A stretch of DNA of 63,294 nt, filler included, from Anaerolineae bacterium (GTDB lineage: Bacteria; Chloroflexota; Anaerolineae; Epilineales; Epilineaceae): assembly GCA_029262755.1 (NCBI GenBank). It is 6 parts of 6 records of this genome, joined end to end, with 100 filler letters (N's around TTAATTAATTAA, not from the genome) between each part and the next. Parts side by side here need not be neighbours in the genome. Positions count along the whole stretch, not along the records: positions 1 to 20,786 come from JAJCYU010000212.1; 5 more parts are not named here. One strand, 5' to 3'. This document shows, piece after piece, positions 9,267 to 19,897 of the stretch. The position numbers and the translations under genes are program-made. How positions within the stretch are numbered: position 1 is the first letter of the stretch; every line of letters begins with the position of its first letter. Below the pieces are notes generated by a model. The model saw only the letters and a list, made by a program, of their open reading frames with translations, did no database searches and was not told where the DNA came from.

Positions 9267-10487
9267 TCAAGGCGCGGCGGCCGGCCGCCAGTCGTCGTAG
9301 ACCCAATCGACCTGCGCGGTGCCCGGATGGTCATCGACCAGCCGGGGAAGGTCGAGGCGCGCCGCGATCCGGCAGGGCAGGTCCGTCTCGGAGTCGAGCC
9401 ATATCGTGCCCTCGCCACCGAACTTCCACAGCCCGCCCGCGTTCGCGTTGACCGGCAGGTAGGTCGGGTGCGCCTGCCAGTAGGTTGCGTAGGCGCGGGC
9501 GCCGATGAGCACGTCGATCCGGAGACAGAGACGGTGGGCGAACCGTGTCGGCTCCTCGAGGCTCGAGTCGATGGCTGGATCGAGCGGAAGGGGCACGGCC
9601 TCAAGCTTCCCAACGCGCGGCGCATGGGCAGTGGCCAGCAACAGCAGCGGATCGCCCGCGGGCAGCATGACGCCCAGGGCTCGTGGGGGGAGTGGGCGCA
9701 GCGCATCGAGTGGCCGGGCCGGAACATCGTCGATCAGCGCGGAGGGTTCACGCTCCATGCCAAGCGCCGGCCAGACGAACGACCGGTCTACGTCACGCGC
9801 GAGGATCTCCGGCCATTGGATCTCGACGGCCGTCGCGACACGGGCGAGCGCAGGAGCGATGGGCGCGCGTCCTTCGCCGGCGTCGAGATGGTCGCGGATT
9901 CCGCCATCACCGTCGCCACCACTGTCGCCGCTACCGTCGCCGCTACCGTCGCGATCGCCGTCGCCGCTACCGTCGCCATCACCGTCGCCGCTACCGTCGC
10001 GATCGCGATCGCCGCTACCGTCGCGATCGCGATCGCCATCGACGTCGCCATCGATACTACCGTCGACGTCGCCACCATCGTCGCCATCGTGCTCGATGCT
10101 CTCGACCGTGGAGCCCGGTTCGGTTCCGAGAGCCGGCCCGTAGGGCGCGATCGTCAGCCGGAGCGGGCCCCGCGTGTCGCCGCGCCCCGCGACGGTCCAC
10201 GCGGCGCGGCGCGCGGGAGCGTCGGTCGCAGTGGAACCGCGGACGGTGTACGTGAGCGGGCTGCTGACGGCGTGCCAGCTGCGTTGGAGCGGGTCCCGCC
10301 GGCTGCGCCAACTCAGCAGCGCGGCCGAGAGGAGCACGCCGGCTCCGACTAGCGCTAGGGTGGGCCAGGGAAGGCGGATGGGGACGGCCTCCGGGGCGTG
10401 CAGGCGATCGGCCGGGGCGCGAAGCGGAGCGCGCAGCGCCGGCAGTCGCGCGCGATCGGTGGTGACCATGGGGCGCGGAATCACCAT
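9267..10487 (-). CDS. Hypothetical membrane-anchored protein with a D/G/R low-complexity insert
   Basis: One N-terminal TM segment, DGSGDGDR repeats, globular C-terminus (TIWLDSETDLPCRI). Confidence 0.55.
   Translation of the reverse strand: MVIPRPMVTTDRARLPALRAPLRAPADRLHAPEAVPIRLPWPTLALVGAGVLLSAALLSWRSRRDPLQRSWHAVSSPLTYTVRGSTATDAPARRAAWTVAGRGDTRGPLRLTIAPYGPALGTEPGSTVESIEHDGDDGGDVDGSIDGDVDGDRDRDGSGDRDRDGSGDGDGDGSGDGDRDGSGDGSGDSGGDGDGGIRDHLDAGEGRAPIAPALARVATAVEIQWPEILARDVDRSFVWPALGMEREPSALIDDVPARPLDALRPLPPRALGVMLPAGDPLLLLATAHAPRVGKLEAVPLPLDPAIDSSLEEPTRFAHRLCLRIDVLIGARAYATYWQAHPTYLPVNANAGGLWKFGGEGTIWLDSETDLPCRIAARLDLPRLVDDHPGTAQVDWVYDDWRPAAAP
9903..10090. repeat. In-frame 6-bp-based tandem repeats (DGSG/DRDG)
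   Basis: Runs of CGTCGCCGCTAC and CGCGAT units. Confidence 0.8.
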
Positions 10488-10608
10488 GGAGCGGCGTGTA
10501 TACTACCAGCCGGACGAACGACGAGAGCGGCGATTCTCGAAGCGCTACCTCGATCGTCCCGAGCGTCCGCGCTAAACCCCGACCCATCCCCATCCCGGAG
10601 CACGCCCC

Positions 10609-11988
10609 ATGGTTGGTTCCCCGACGACCCCGACCCGCCGATTCGCGTGGGCCATGGTGGCTACGAGCATGTTGATCGGCGCCGGCCTCATCGGCGGGCG
10701 ATCACTCGTTTCGCGATCGGTCGATGGGAGCTTCGCGGGCTGGGTTTCCGCGGCGCCGTCCGCCCAAGGCGAGGCCTCGTGCCGATGGCGTGTGCTCGAG
10801 CGTGGACCCACGCGCACCCAACACACCTTGGTCGCCCTGCCCGGCGCCGACCTCGTTGCATTCGCCGGTGGAGAGCGCGCTGCGGGACAGGCCACGGTGC
10901 TGGCCGACTTGCAGCGACTACGCGGCAGCGACGGTCAAGGCGCGTGGAGCGCCATGACCGCGACGGGGGCCGGGCCCGCAGCACGGGCGCAGCACGTCTC
11001 GGTCGTGCATGACGAGCCGGGCGGTGATGCGACGATGATCACCTACGGCGGCGTGGACGAGCTCGTGAGCTTCGGCGGCGGTGGCGGCGGAACGTTCACG
11101 TGGCGCTCGCCGCTGGTTGCGGGCGGGGCATCGGCCGCCGGCCGACGTGGCGCATTCGCGCCGCTCGGTCTTGTGGGCGACGCGTTCACGTTGGCGATCA
11201 CCCAGGGCGGAGCGAGCTGGTCGCCGCTTTCGATTCCCGGCCGCCCCCTGGCTGACGCCGCGGCCGTATGGTGGCCGAGTGCGGAATCGATGGTGGTCAT
11301 CGGCGGCCGGCTGAGCGAGGAGGCCACATCGGCCACAGGTGCGCGGCAGCTGATCAGCCTCGGCGGCTCCGAGCCGAGCGTCGAGGTCGTGGAGGACCCG
11401 GGCGGCCCGGCGCCGCGCTACGCGCTTAGCGCCGTGTTCGATAGCGAGCGCGAGCGCCTCTTGATCTTCGGTGGCACGCGCAACTGGCAGAACGGCCGCA
11501 ACGACGTCTGGTCGCTCGACCTCTCCCGCGGTTGGGGCGACGCGACGTGGACCCCGGTGGACGCCTTCGGCCGACCGCCGGCGCGCCGCTTCGATCACGT
11601 GGCGGCCTGGCATCCCGGGCTAAACGCCATGCTGGTCTTCGGCGGGACCCGTAACGGCAGTGATTCTCTAGACGATCTGTGGGCCCTGGACATGTCGGGC
11701 GAACGCCCCACATGGCGTGAGCTCGACCCAGAGGGCCCGACACCCGCGGGCGTCGCAGGCGCAGCCGCGGCGTGGAGCGATGGCGCCGAAGCCATGATCC
11801 TCTACGGCGGCACGACCGGCAGCACGTCGCAGCGCGACGCCTGGGCGCTCGATTGCTCGGTGACGGGCGGTCCATCGCCGACCGTGCCGGTGCCGACGGT
11901 GCCCGTGCCGGCCACGCCGACGCCGGGCGCGACCGCAACGCGGCCTGCGCCGAGCGGCGCGATCCACCTGCCGTGGGGTCAGCGCTAG
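10609..11988 (+). CDS. Secreted Kelch-repeat beta-propeller with PT linker and LP tag
   Basis: Repeated FGG/YGG...W..L..P.R..H Kelch motifs. PT-rich tail ending AIHLPWGQR. Confidence 0.85.
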   Translation: MVGSPTTPTRRFAWAMVATSMLIGAGLIGGRSLVSRSVDGSFAGWVSAAPSAQGEASCRWRVLERGPTRTQHTLVALPGADLVAFAGGERAAGQATVLADLQRLRGSDGQGAWSAMTATGAGPAARAQHVSVVHDEPGGDATMITYGGVDELVSFGGGGGGTFTWRSPLVAGGASAAGRRGAFAPLGLVGDAFTLAITQGGASWSPLSIPGRPLADAAAVWWPSAESMVVIGGRLSEEATSATGARQLISLGGSEPSVEVVEDPGGPAPRYALSAVFDSERERLLIFGGTRNWQNGRNDVWSLDLSRGWGDATWTPVDAFGRPPARRFDHVAAWHPGLNAMLVFGGTRNGSDSLDDLWALDMSGERPTWRELDPEGPTPAGVAGAAAAWSDGAEAMILYGGTTGSTSQRDAWALDCSVTGGPSPTVPVPTVPVPATPTPGATATRPAPSGAIHLPWGQR

Positions 11989-12202
11989 AACGAGCCTGCT
12001 GCCTGGTTTCGAGGCGCCAAGGGTGCGGCCTTCGCCATCGCAACGATTTGTCCGGCGATCGTCTTCCCGCAGCAGCCAATCCATTGCCGTTGCGTCAGAT
12101 AGCGATGCTCTGGGTCCCTTCCGGCGACGTTCGACGACTGTGTGCGACGGCGTTGGGACATCCTCTGAATAGATGATCGCGCCGGAACAGGGAGCCACAC
12201 GC

Positions 12203-12243
12203 TCGCGACCCACTCTTTCGCGACCCACTCTTTCGCGACCCAC
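12203..12243. repeat. 15-bp direct repeat (about 2.7 copies), intergenic
   Basis: TCGCGACCCACTCTT x2 plus TCGCGACCCAC. Confidence 0.7.
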
Positions 12244-12399
12244 GAAGCCGGGTATACTGGCATCGGGCCGTCCCTGCGCCGGTTGCGCCCTCCATCTCTA
12301 ATCCCCGCGAGCCATCCGGCGCCTGTGCGTGCGAGGTCGTCTAGCGGCTGTTCCGCTCTTCCATCGACACCGCACGTGGAACCGCGAAGGATGCACGCC

Positions 12400-13815
12400 A
12401 TGAAACGCACGCGCACGCCGAACGTCCGGTGGCTGTTCGCCATTCCTGTACTGGCCTTGCTCGGCTCGACGGCCTTTGGTGGCGGAGCGGATGCGGCGCC
12501 GGCTGCCCAAGCCGGCGTCAGTTGCGCTTGGGAGCGCTTGGATCGGGGCGAAGATCGCGAGCAGCATTCGTTGGTGCCGTTGCCCGGCGTCGGCGTGCTC
12601 GCCTACGGCGGCGTACAGCGCACCTCGCGCGGCGCGACAATCCAGGACGACGTGCACACGCTGGATCTCGTGGGGAGCCCCGGCGGCGCGTGGTCGGTCC
12701 TCAACGCCGGCGGTTCGTCCGCCGGTAAACGCGCGGAGCACATTGCCGTACTGCGCCCACGAGACGGCGGTGCTTCACAGGTCGTCGTGTACGGCGGCGT
12801 GGACGCGTTGGAGTCGATTGGTGGCGGCGGAGGCGGCACCTTTACCTGGCGCTCGCCGCTGACCGCAGGGGGCGGCGTTGCACTCAGCCGCCTGGGCACA
12901 TTCGCGCCGCTCGGTGTCGTGCGCAAGGGCTTCCGTTTGGATGTCGACGCCCAGGGTGGCGCCTGGACGGCTTTCGATCCGGAAGGGACCAGCGTGGCTC
13001 TGGCCGACGCCGCCGCGATCTACTGGCCTGCCGAGGATGCGCTGCTCGTGCACGGAGGACGCACCAAGGAGGAGGTCACCTCCGTCACGAACGACCTCCA
13101 TCTGGTCACCTTGGGCGATTCGCCGACCTGGAGCAAGCTCGATGTCGCGGGCGGCCCCACGGACCGCTTCGCGCATTCGGCCATCTACGACGCGGCGGGC
13201 GACCGGATGGTGCTGTTCGGTGGAACGCGCGACTGGAAAGCGGGTCTGGACGATGTGTATGCGCTCGATCTGTCCGGTGGCGTGGACGGCCTGGCCTGGA
13301 CGAAGCTCGAGCCGACAGGCCGCGCGCCGTCTCGACGTTTCGACCATGCGGCGGCGTGGCATCCCACCCTGCGCTGGATGGTCGTGTTCGGCGGGACCCG
13401 GGACGGCAACCGCGCGCTTTCCGACGCGTTCGTGCTCGACGTGAGTACGGACACGCCGACGTGGGCCCCCCTCGACGCTTCGGGCGCCTCCCCCGCGGCA
13501 TCGCGAGGCCCGGCCGCCGCCTACAGCGCGGACAGCGACGCCCTCGTGTTCTTCGGCGGTCAGGACCGTGGCACGACGCGCCGCGATAGCTGGGCGCTGC
13601 GCTGCACGATCCCCGCGACACCCACGCCGACCGAGGCGCCGATCACCGCGACGCCGACGCCGGAACCGGCCACGGAAACGCCGACCCCGGAGCCGGCGAC
13701 CGAGACGCCGACCGACGTCCCAGCTACGAACACGCCGCAGCCGCCGACCGAAACGCCGACACCCGAGCCGCCTCCCGCGATCTACCTTCCTTGGGGAGAG
13801 CGCGAAGCGGGCTGA
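12400..13815 (+). CDS. Secreted Kelch-repeat beta-propeller paralog with PT linker and LP tag
   Basis: Signal peptide ending ADA, Kelch repeats, TPTPEPATE repeats, ends AIYLPWGEREAG. Confidence 0.87.
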   Translation: MKRTRTPNVRWLFAIPVLALLGSTAFGGGADAAPAAQAGVSCAWERLDRGEDREQHSLVPLPGVGVLAYGGVQRTSRGATIQDDVHTLDLVGSPGGAWSVLNAGGSSAGKRAEHIAVLRPRDGGASQVVVYGGVDALESIGGGGGGTFTWRSPLTAGGGVALSRLGTFAPLGVVRKGFRLDVDAQGGAWTAFDPEGTSVALADAAAIYWPAEDALLVHGGRTKEEVTSVTNDLHLVTLGDSPTWSKLDVAGGPTDRFAHSAIYDAAGDRMVLFGGTRDWKAGLDDVYALDLSGGVDGLAWTKLEPTGRAPSRRFDHAAAWHPTLRWMVVFGGTRDGNRALSDAFVLDVSTDTPTWAPLDASGASPAASRGPAAAYSADSDALVFFGGQDRGTTRRDSWALRCTIPATPTPTEAPITATPTPEPATETPTPEPATETPTDVPATNTPQPPTETPTPEPPPAIYLPWGEREAG

Positions 13816-13984
13816 TCGAGCAGGGCGGTCCGGTGGCTTAAGACTGGCGGAGTCGTGCGGAATGATGGAACGCGTCGAATGAACGATGCGTGCCGGTCGC
13901 CCGCATACGGTCGACTTCCGGTCGACATCCACGACCTCGCGTATCGTCTCCTGACGTGCCATATGACATCCCGATGCCGTGCCC

Positions 13985-16900
13985 CTACCGTCCCTCCAGC
14001 CCCTTGAGCAGGGCGGCGATCTGCGGGTCCCCCGGCGCGAGCGCGGCCGCGGCGCGCGCGGCTTCCAACGCCCGATCACGGTCGCCGGCCCCGTCGTAGG
14101 CCGTGGCGAGATCGGCGTGGGCGCGAGCGTCGCCCGGTGTGAGCACCACGAGGTCGAGGGCGACCAGGACCGCTTCTTCGTGTGTCCCGACGCGCAGGAG
14201 GGCTCCGAGGCGGGCGCGGATGGCGTCGACGTCGCCCGCGTTGCGGGGGTCGTCGAAGTAGCGCGCCCATGCGTCGACGGTTGCGGCGGCGTCGTCCGCG
14301 CCTCCTCGCTCGGTCAGCGCGAGGGCGAGGGTCTTCCATGGCGCGTTGTAGTAGGGGTCGAGGGCGATCGATTCGCGCGCGGCGTCGATCGCTGCGTTCG
14401 GCTGGTTGGCCAGCAAGACTACGACGGCTGCCTCGTTGCGTACCTCGGGCCAGGTGGGTGCTGCGAACGTCGCGCGTGCGTACGCAGCCGCCGCGGACGC
14501 GAGTCGCATCGATCGCCGCTCGGGCTCGCGCGTCAGGTCGCCCCATAGCCGGTAGGCACGCGCCGAGGCAAGGATAGGCGCCGGCGATCCGGGCGTCCGA
14601 TCGGCGGTGGTGTCGAACAACGTCCCGGAAACAAAGTTTGTCTTACCCGTCTCGCTTTGCTCCAGCGCGATGGACGACAATGTTCTCCAGGAAGAGACGC
14701 CACCCGTTGCAGGGCCACCCGCCCCAACGCCCTGCACCTCGCCGCGCCGGCCCGCGCGCAGGCTCGCCTCTTCGAAGCGCGTGATCGCCGCTGCGAATGC
14801 GGCGTCCCGACGCTCCGCCAACTCGTTCGCATAGCCGTCCAAGAGATCCGGATCGTATTCATCCTCCGCCGCCGAGAGCCCGGCCTGCGCCAAGGCGCGT
14901 GCAAGACGCTCGTCGAGCAGTACGGCGCGCGTGTCCTCCGCGAAGCCGATCCGTATGCGGTAGCGCGGCTCGTTCGGCGCGAACCGGACCGCCGCCTCGT
15001 AGCGTTCGACGGCGCGGTCGAGGAAAGCCTCCGCGCGGCCGGATTCGCCCTCGGCGGACAGGCCCATGACCGGGCTCTCCCACACGAGCAGCCCCTCTTT
15101 GTACAGCGCGTCCGCAGCCGTATGGCCCACGGTCACCGGGAGGGCTAGGACCGCGGCGAGGACGGCGATCGCCGCGGCGCGGGCCGTGCATGCGCGAATG
15201 GTCGCGGTCGAGATTGCATGGGCGATCGACGTCAAATGCGAGGTCACGCTCGAATGCTCGCTCGACAACGAATGTGAGGTCGAGGGCTCTTGCACGGTCG
15301 AATGCACGGCCGGATGCACGAGCGATTGCACGGTCGAATGCTCGGTTGTGGCCGAATGCGCGGTCGAATGCGCGGTCGAATCCCCTAGATACGCCGCGCG
15401 CTGAGACGCCGGAGTCTCGTCGCGCGCTCCCTCTGTTTTCCCGGGCGTGAAGGAATCCGGAGGATCCAAGCGGGTCTGAAGGTCACCTTCGGCGCCGAGG
15501 GCCAGTGCCGCCTCGCGACCGGCATACCAAACGGTCGCACCGAGGACGACGAGAAGGAAGAGTCCGAGTTGCGCGATCGCACCCGCGACCGCGTCGCCGA
15601 CGCGTGTGACCGTCCAACCGGCGATCAGCCCCTGCCCGACGAGCTGCGCACTGAGCACAGCGCTCACGCCGAGCACCGCAACGAGACGATGCCGGCCGAT
15701 CGCCGCGATCGCCCAAGCGCCCGAGACGCTCGCGACGAGCAGTACCGCGACGGTCGCCGCACCGCCGCCGACGAGGCCGGGACGTGCGAACCCGAATATC
15801 AGCGCGGCGCCGACCACGAGCGCCGCGAACGCGGGATCCAGCGACCGCGCGCTGGTCGCTCGGTCTGGTACGGACGTGAAGGCGCCGTCACGGGTAGCGT
15901 CGATCGCGGGAGTCGCGGGAGTCGCGGGAGTCGCGGGAGTCGCGGGAGTCGCGGGAGTCGCGGACGTCGCAGAGGGCGCGGACGTCGCAGAGGGCGCCGA
16001 CGTCGCAGAGGGCGCCGACGTTGCTGGACTCGTGGCAGTCTCCGAAGCTTCCGAATCTGTCGGTGCCGCAGGAACTGCCTGAGGTGCCGCGTCTGCACGA
16101 GCAGACGAACCAGGACCGTCCGGGAGGGTGATCGCTCCATCGACCGTTCCTGTACGGCGGCGCGACTCGACGGCGACCAGGCTGCCGGCGATTAGCCACA
16201 GGAGGAGCCGGGTGCTGGTGACCGCGAAGCCGACCTGTAGCTCGATCCATGCGGTGATCAGCGCGGCCACGGCGGCCAGGGCGAAGCCGACGTCCGCGGG
16301 CTTTGCGCCCGGCACCGCGTCCATGCTCGTCGCGGCACTCGCGGCACTCGCGGCACTCGCGGTCCCCCCGGTCCCCGTAGTCCCCACGGCGCCCGTGTTT
16401 CCCGCGTCCCCGACGTCCCCCGCATCCGGTGGGCGATCCCAGGACGTGTGCGGACTCCGTGCGCGCCGCCAGGCTGCTGCCGCGAGCCAGAGCGCGAGGC
16501 CGGTCGTCGCGCCGAGGCCGGCGGCCGGACCCGCCAGGCGCGGGCCATCCGCGATGAGCGCGAAGGCGGCCGCGGCAAGCCCGCCTCCCAGCCATGCGAC
16601 GAGCCACGTCGCACGATCGTGTCGTCCCTCCCGGTGTCCCCGGTCGCCCCGGTCGCGATGATGGGGGAGTAGGCCGAGCTGGCGTAGCGCTGCGCCCAAC
16701 GCGAGGGTCAGGAACGCGACGAAGGCCAGCAGGCCGAGGAGGCCCTCCGTGAGCAGGGTGTCGAGCATGAGGTTGTGGGCGCGGTCGGGGACGATGCCGC
16801 GCGGTTCGTCGTGCGCCAGGATGGACGGGTAGAAGGGCGCCCACGTAAGCGGCATCGTTTCCGGGCCCGTGCCGACGAGCCATCGCATCGCGCCGCGCGA

Positions 16901-17944
16901 TTCGAGCGCTGCCACGCTGCCCTCCCAGAGGCGGAGGCGAACGCGGGTCGTGCTGTTGGCCGGGTCGAGGGCGAGTGCCATGCGTCCGACGAGCGGCCAG
17001 TCGAGAGCGGGGCCGAGCTGCGCGCGGCCGACGTTCAGGCCGATCACGCCCACGACCAGGCTGCCCGCGACGAGCACGGTCGCGAGCGCGTGGCGCGTGC
17101 GCCCCGCGCGGGCCGCGGCGGCGAGCGCGGCGACGACGGCGCCCGCCGCGAGGCCGAGCACCGGCCCCCGCGAGCCGGCCAGGACGAGGGCCCACGTGGC
17201 TGCGACGAGGGTTGCGCTCCATGCGGCGAGGGCCGCGTCCCAACGCCGATCGGCGCGCCGGGCCGCGGTCCACGCACGCGCGGTGCCCCAGACAACGAAG
17301 GGCAGTGCCATCGCGAGGTGGGCTGCAAAGAGCACGCTGCTACCGGAGGGGCCGGAGACGCGGGTGACGACATCGCCCAACCACGGTAGGGGGTCAAGAC
17401 GGAAGCGTTGGAGGATGCCGTACAGCGCGGCCGGCCACGCGGAAGCAGCGATGGCGGTGGCCAGCGCCAGGCCCGAATGCCTGCGGGCGAAGGCCAACGC
17501 GGCGAACAGGGCGAGGAGCGCCGTGGTGGTCAACAGCCCCTGGCCGCGATCGGCCGTGCCGAGCAGGCTGGTGGCGGGCGCGACGGATAGCGCGGTCGCG
17601 AGGGCCGCGACGAGCCAGACGGCCAGCGCGGCGCGGACCACGGGGTGGGCGGGGAGCGGGGGGAGAGCCCAAAAATGGTGAAGACGTGCGCGAATAGACG
17701 AGTCGATCGGGTTCCGCTCGTCTCGACGGGACGACCGGGTCGCCAGCAAGCCAAGAGCGGCCACCGCGCCGAAGAGTCGTAGCAGCCGGGCCTTCTCGGG
17801 CTCAAAGATGACGTCCGTGAAGACCACGAAGTGCAGCGGAACGGCGAGCACCGCCGCGAGCGCCGTGGCGCGGGCGAGCTCGCGGCCGGCGGGACGGAAG
17901 GTGGGCGCGGGATTCGACGTTGATAGCGGAGAGTAAGCGTTCAC
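13985..17944 (-). CDS. O-antigen ligase / O-oligosaccharyltransferase-like polytopic membrane protein with C-terminal TPR repeats
   Basis: Many TM helices. YGILQ, AGSRG, RLRLW and GTGPET...DRAHNLMLDTLLTEGLLG (Wzy_C-type) motifs. TPR-like helices at the C-terminus. Confidence 0.82.
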   Translation of the reverse strand: MNAYSPLSTSNPAPTFRPAGRELARATALAAVLAVPLHFVVFTDVIFEPEKARLLRLFGAVAALGLLATRSSRRDERNPIDSSIRARLHHFWALPPLPAHPVVRAALAVWLVAALATALSVAPATSLLGTADRGQGLLTTTALLALFAALAFARRHSGLALATAIAASAWPAALYGILQRFRLDPLPWLGDVVTRVSGPSGSSVLFAAHLAMALPFVVWGTARAWTAARRADRRWDAALAAWSATLVAATWALVLAGSRGPVLGLAAGAVVAALAAAARAGRTRHALATVLVAGSLVVGVIGLNVGRAQLGPALDWPLVGRMALALDPANSTTRVRLRLWEGSVAALESRGAMRWLVGTGPETMPLTWAPFYPSILAHDEPRGIVPDRAHNLMLDTLLTEGLLGLLAFVAFLTLALGAALRQLGLLPHHRDRGDRGHREGRHDRATWLVAWLGGGLAAAAFALIADGPRLAGPAAGLGATTGLALWLAAAAWRRARSPHTSWDRPPDAGDVGDAGNTGAVGTTGTGGTASAASAASAATSMDAVPGAKPADVGFALAAVAALITAWIELQVGFAVTSTRLLLWLIAGSLVAVESRRRTGTVDGAITLPDGPGSSARADAAPQAVPAAPTDSEASETATSPATSAPSATSAPSATSAPSATSATPATPATPATPATPATPAIDATRDGAFTSVPDRATSARSLDPAFAALVVGAALIFGFARPGLVGGGAATVAVLLVASVSGAWAIAAIGRHRLVAVLGVSAVLSAQLVGQGLIAGWTVTRVGDAVAGAIAQLGLFLLVVLGATVWYAGREAALALGAEGDLQTRLDPPDSFTPGKTEGARDETPASQRAAYLGDSTAHSTAHSATTEHSTVQSLVHPAVHSTVQEPSTSHSLSSEHSSVTSHLTSIAHAISTATIRACTARAAAIAVLAAVLALPVTVGHTAADALYKEGLLVWESPVMGLSAEGESGRAEAFLDRAVERYEAAVRFAPNEPRYRIRIGFAEDTRAVLLDERLARALAQAGLSAAEDEYDPDLLDGYANELAERRDAAFAAAITRFEEASLRAGRRGEVQGVGAGGPATGGVSSWRTLSSIALEQSETGKTNFVSGTLFDTTADRTPGSPAPILASARAYRLWGDLTREPERRSMRLASAAAAYARATFAAPTWPEVRNEAAVVVLLANQPNAAIDAARESIALDPYYNAPWKTLALALTERGGADDAAATVDAWARYFDDPRNAGDVDAIRARLGALLRVGTHEEAVLVALDLVVLTPGDARAHADLATAYDGAGDRDRALEAARAAAALAPGDPQIAALLKGLEGR
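15904..16016. repeat. In-frame tandem repeats: 9 bp x6 and 18 bp x3
   Basis: TCGCGGGAG x6 (ATP repeats), then GACGTCGCAGAGGGCGC[GC] x3 (SATSAP). Confidence 0.9.
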
Positions 17945-18132
17945 GTGCGCCAGTGTACGTCACGTGTGAAGCGGTCGAGTAGTCCCCTGAACCGCGCGGG
18001 ACGTGTCTGGCTCCTTGAATACTCGCCAACACGGCGATCGCAAGCCGTGGGATGACGGACTGTGGCCGGATCCGGCCTTGGAGGCACACCATGTGGATAT
18101 TGCGATGGAAGACGACGACTCTGGACGGCGAT

Positions 18133-19611
18133 ATGGCATCGGCAACGGGCGCCACTCGATTCCGAGGCCCGGTGCTCGGGCGCGCGGCGTGGATGGCGAT
18201 TGCGCTGGCAGGAGCACTGCTCGTGGTGGGCACGGCGCGTGCTACGGCGCAGGGTGGTATCGCCGGTGGCGCCACGGTCGGCATCGAGTACGCGAACCTG
18301 AGCGGCGCGAAGGCCGACTTGGAAGTGGGTGGGAGGGGCGGTGTCGACTGGAGTATGGCGAACGTGGCAGCGTGCCGATCCGGCGCTCAGTTCCTGCCGT
18401 CCCAACCTGAGATTGTCCCCGAGAACCAAAGCTGGCTGCGGTCTGTGCAAGGTAGCCCCGTCGGCGCCGTGCTGCGTTGGGATTGGCACACGACGGGAGC
18501 AGCCGCCCACGCCAACGCCGCGGCACCCTCTACACGGATCTCCCTACCCTTGGCGCTGATCGACTACGTAACACAGTCGTCGATCTTCATCGTGCGCAAT
18601 CCGAACGACGAGATGGTCTCCGTGACCGCAGAGCTCTTCGCGCAGGGCGAGAGCGCGGCGCTTCGTGTCGTGAATCTCGACATCGAAGCAGGCGGGGTGC
18701 TGAGCCTCGACTTGAACAAGCAACCGGGCTTCCTGGGCGTGGCGCCCAACACGGCCTACGGATTTCTCGGCTCCATGACGCTGAGCGCCGATCGGCCCGT
18801 CGCGGCATGGACGCTTGTGGACATCGCGAGCAGCGACAAGGCCGTGTACGCCTTCGCCGGGGCGCCGCCGGAGTCCGCAGGCGAGACGCTCTTCGCGCCG
18901 TTGGTGCGCAAGCGCTTCTTCGGCTATGACACCGGCATCGCCGTGGTGAACCCCAACGACCGGCCCGTCGAGGTCTCCGTTGACTACGTCGGCGGCGCGG
19001 CGGGTGGGGCAAGCAGTTGCGCCGGCCAGCGCGTAACACACGGGCCGATCACGGTGCCTGCGTCCGGTGGGCACGTCTTCTACCAGGGTCCCGGCGGAGG
19101 CAGCGGGCTGCCGGACGGCTGCGTCGGATCTGCCGTGATCCGGTCCGAGGGCGGCCCCGTGCAGGCGATCGTCAATGACTCGTTCGCGTTCACGCAGACT
19201 GCGGCGGCCTACCCCGCCGTTGCGCTCGAAGATGCGTCCACGATGCTCGCGCTACCGCTCGTGCGACGCGAGCATATGGCGGCGATGAGGATGACGACGG
19301 GCATCCAGGTCATGAACCCGACGGCCGCGACAGCCACGGTCAACATCGAGCTCTTTGGGGATGGCTCATTGCCGGCTTGCGGTCCCGGTTGCCGCGCGGA
19401 GATTCCTCCATTGGGGACCCACACGTTCTACCCCGGAGTCGGAGGGTTCGACGGCTTGCCGCCCGACTCGTTCGCAGCCGGGCGGATCGTCAGCGACGTG
19501 CCGGTCCTGGCGATCGTGAACGACGTCTCGGAAACGGGCCAGATCGACATGTCGACCTACACGGCGTTGCCCTGCGGGGGTAGCGGTCCCCAGCTAGTTG
19601 CGCTGCCGTAG
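18133..19611 (+). CDS. S-layer-like secreted repeat protein, paralog 4
   Basis: DIASSDKAVYAF, LFAPLVRKRFFGYDTGIAVVNP and MTTGIQVMN are nearly identical to paralog 1. Ends QLVALP. Start uncertain. Confidence 0.8.
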   Translation: MASATGATRFRGPVLGRAAWMAIALAGALLVVGTARATAQGGIAGGATVGIEYANLSGAKADLEVGGRGGVDWSMANVAACRSGAQFLPSQPEIVPENQSWLRSVQGSPVGAVLRWDWHTTGAAAHANAAAPSTRISLPLALIDYVTQSSIFIVRNPNDEMVSVTAELFAQGESAALRVVNLDIEAGGVLSLDLNKQPGFLGVAPNTAYGFLGSMTLSADRPVAAWTLVDIASSDKAVYAFAGAPPESAGETLFAPLVRKRFFGYDTGIAVVNPNDRPVEVSVDYVGGAAGGASSCAGQRVTHGPITVPASGGHVFYQGPGGGSGLPDGCVGSAVIRSEGGPVQAIVNDSFAFTQTAAAYPAVALEDASTMLALPLVRREHMAAMRMTTGIQVMNPTAATATVNIELFGDGSLPACGPGCRAEIPPLGTHTFYPGVGGFDGLPPDSFAAGRIVSDVPVLAIVNDVSETGQIDMSTYTALPCGGSGPQLVALP

Positions 19612-19897
19612 GGAACGACGGGCCTCATCGCCCAATCCGATAGACGGACGATGCCCACACCGCCCTCTCGCCGACGACGCGAGAGGGCGGTGCGTCGTTC
19701 GATGGGCTTCGCACGACCGGCGTTGCGCGCGGCGCCTGCGGCTCCGAGGGCGTGGCTCTCGACCTCGCGTTCGGCAACACTCGTCCAGTCGCCCGATTGT
19801 CGGCCTCGCGAACGTCTTCCTATACTACGTTCGGCCCGGCGCGCAGCGGCGAGCCTCGCCATGGCCCGCGCGTTCGCGGCCCGGACGGAGATTCACG

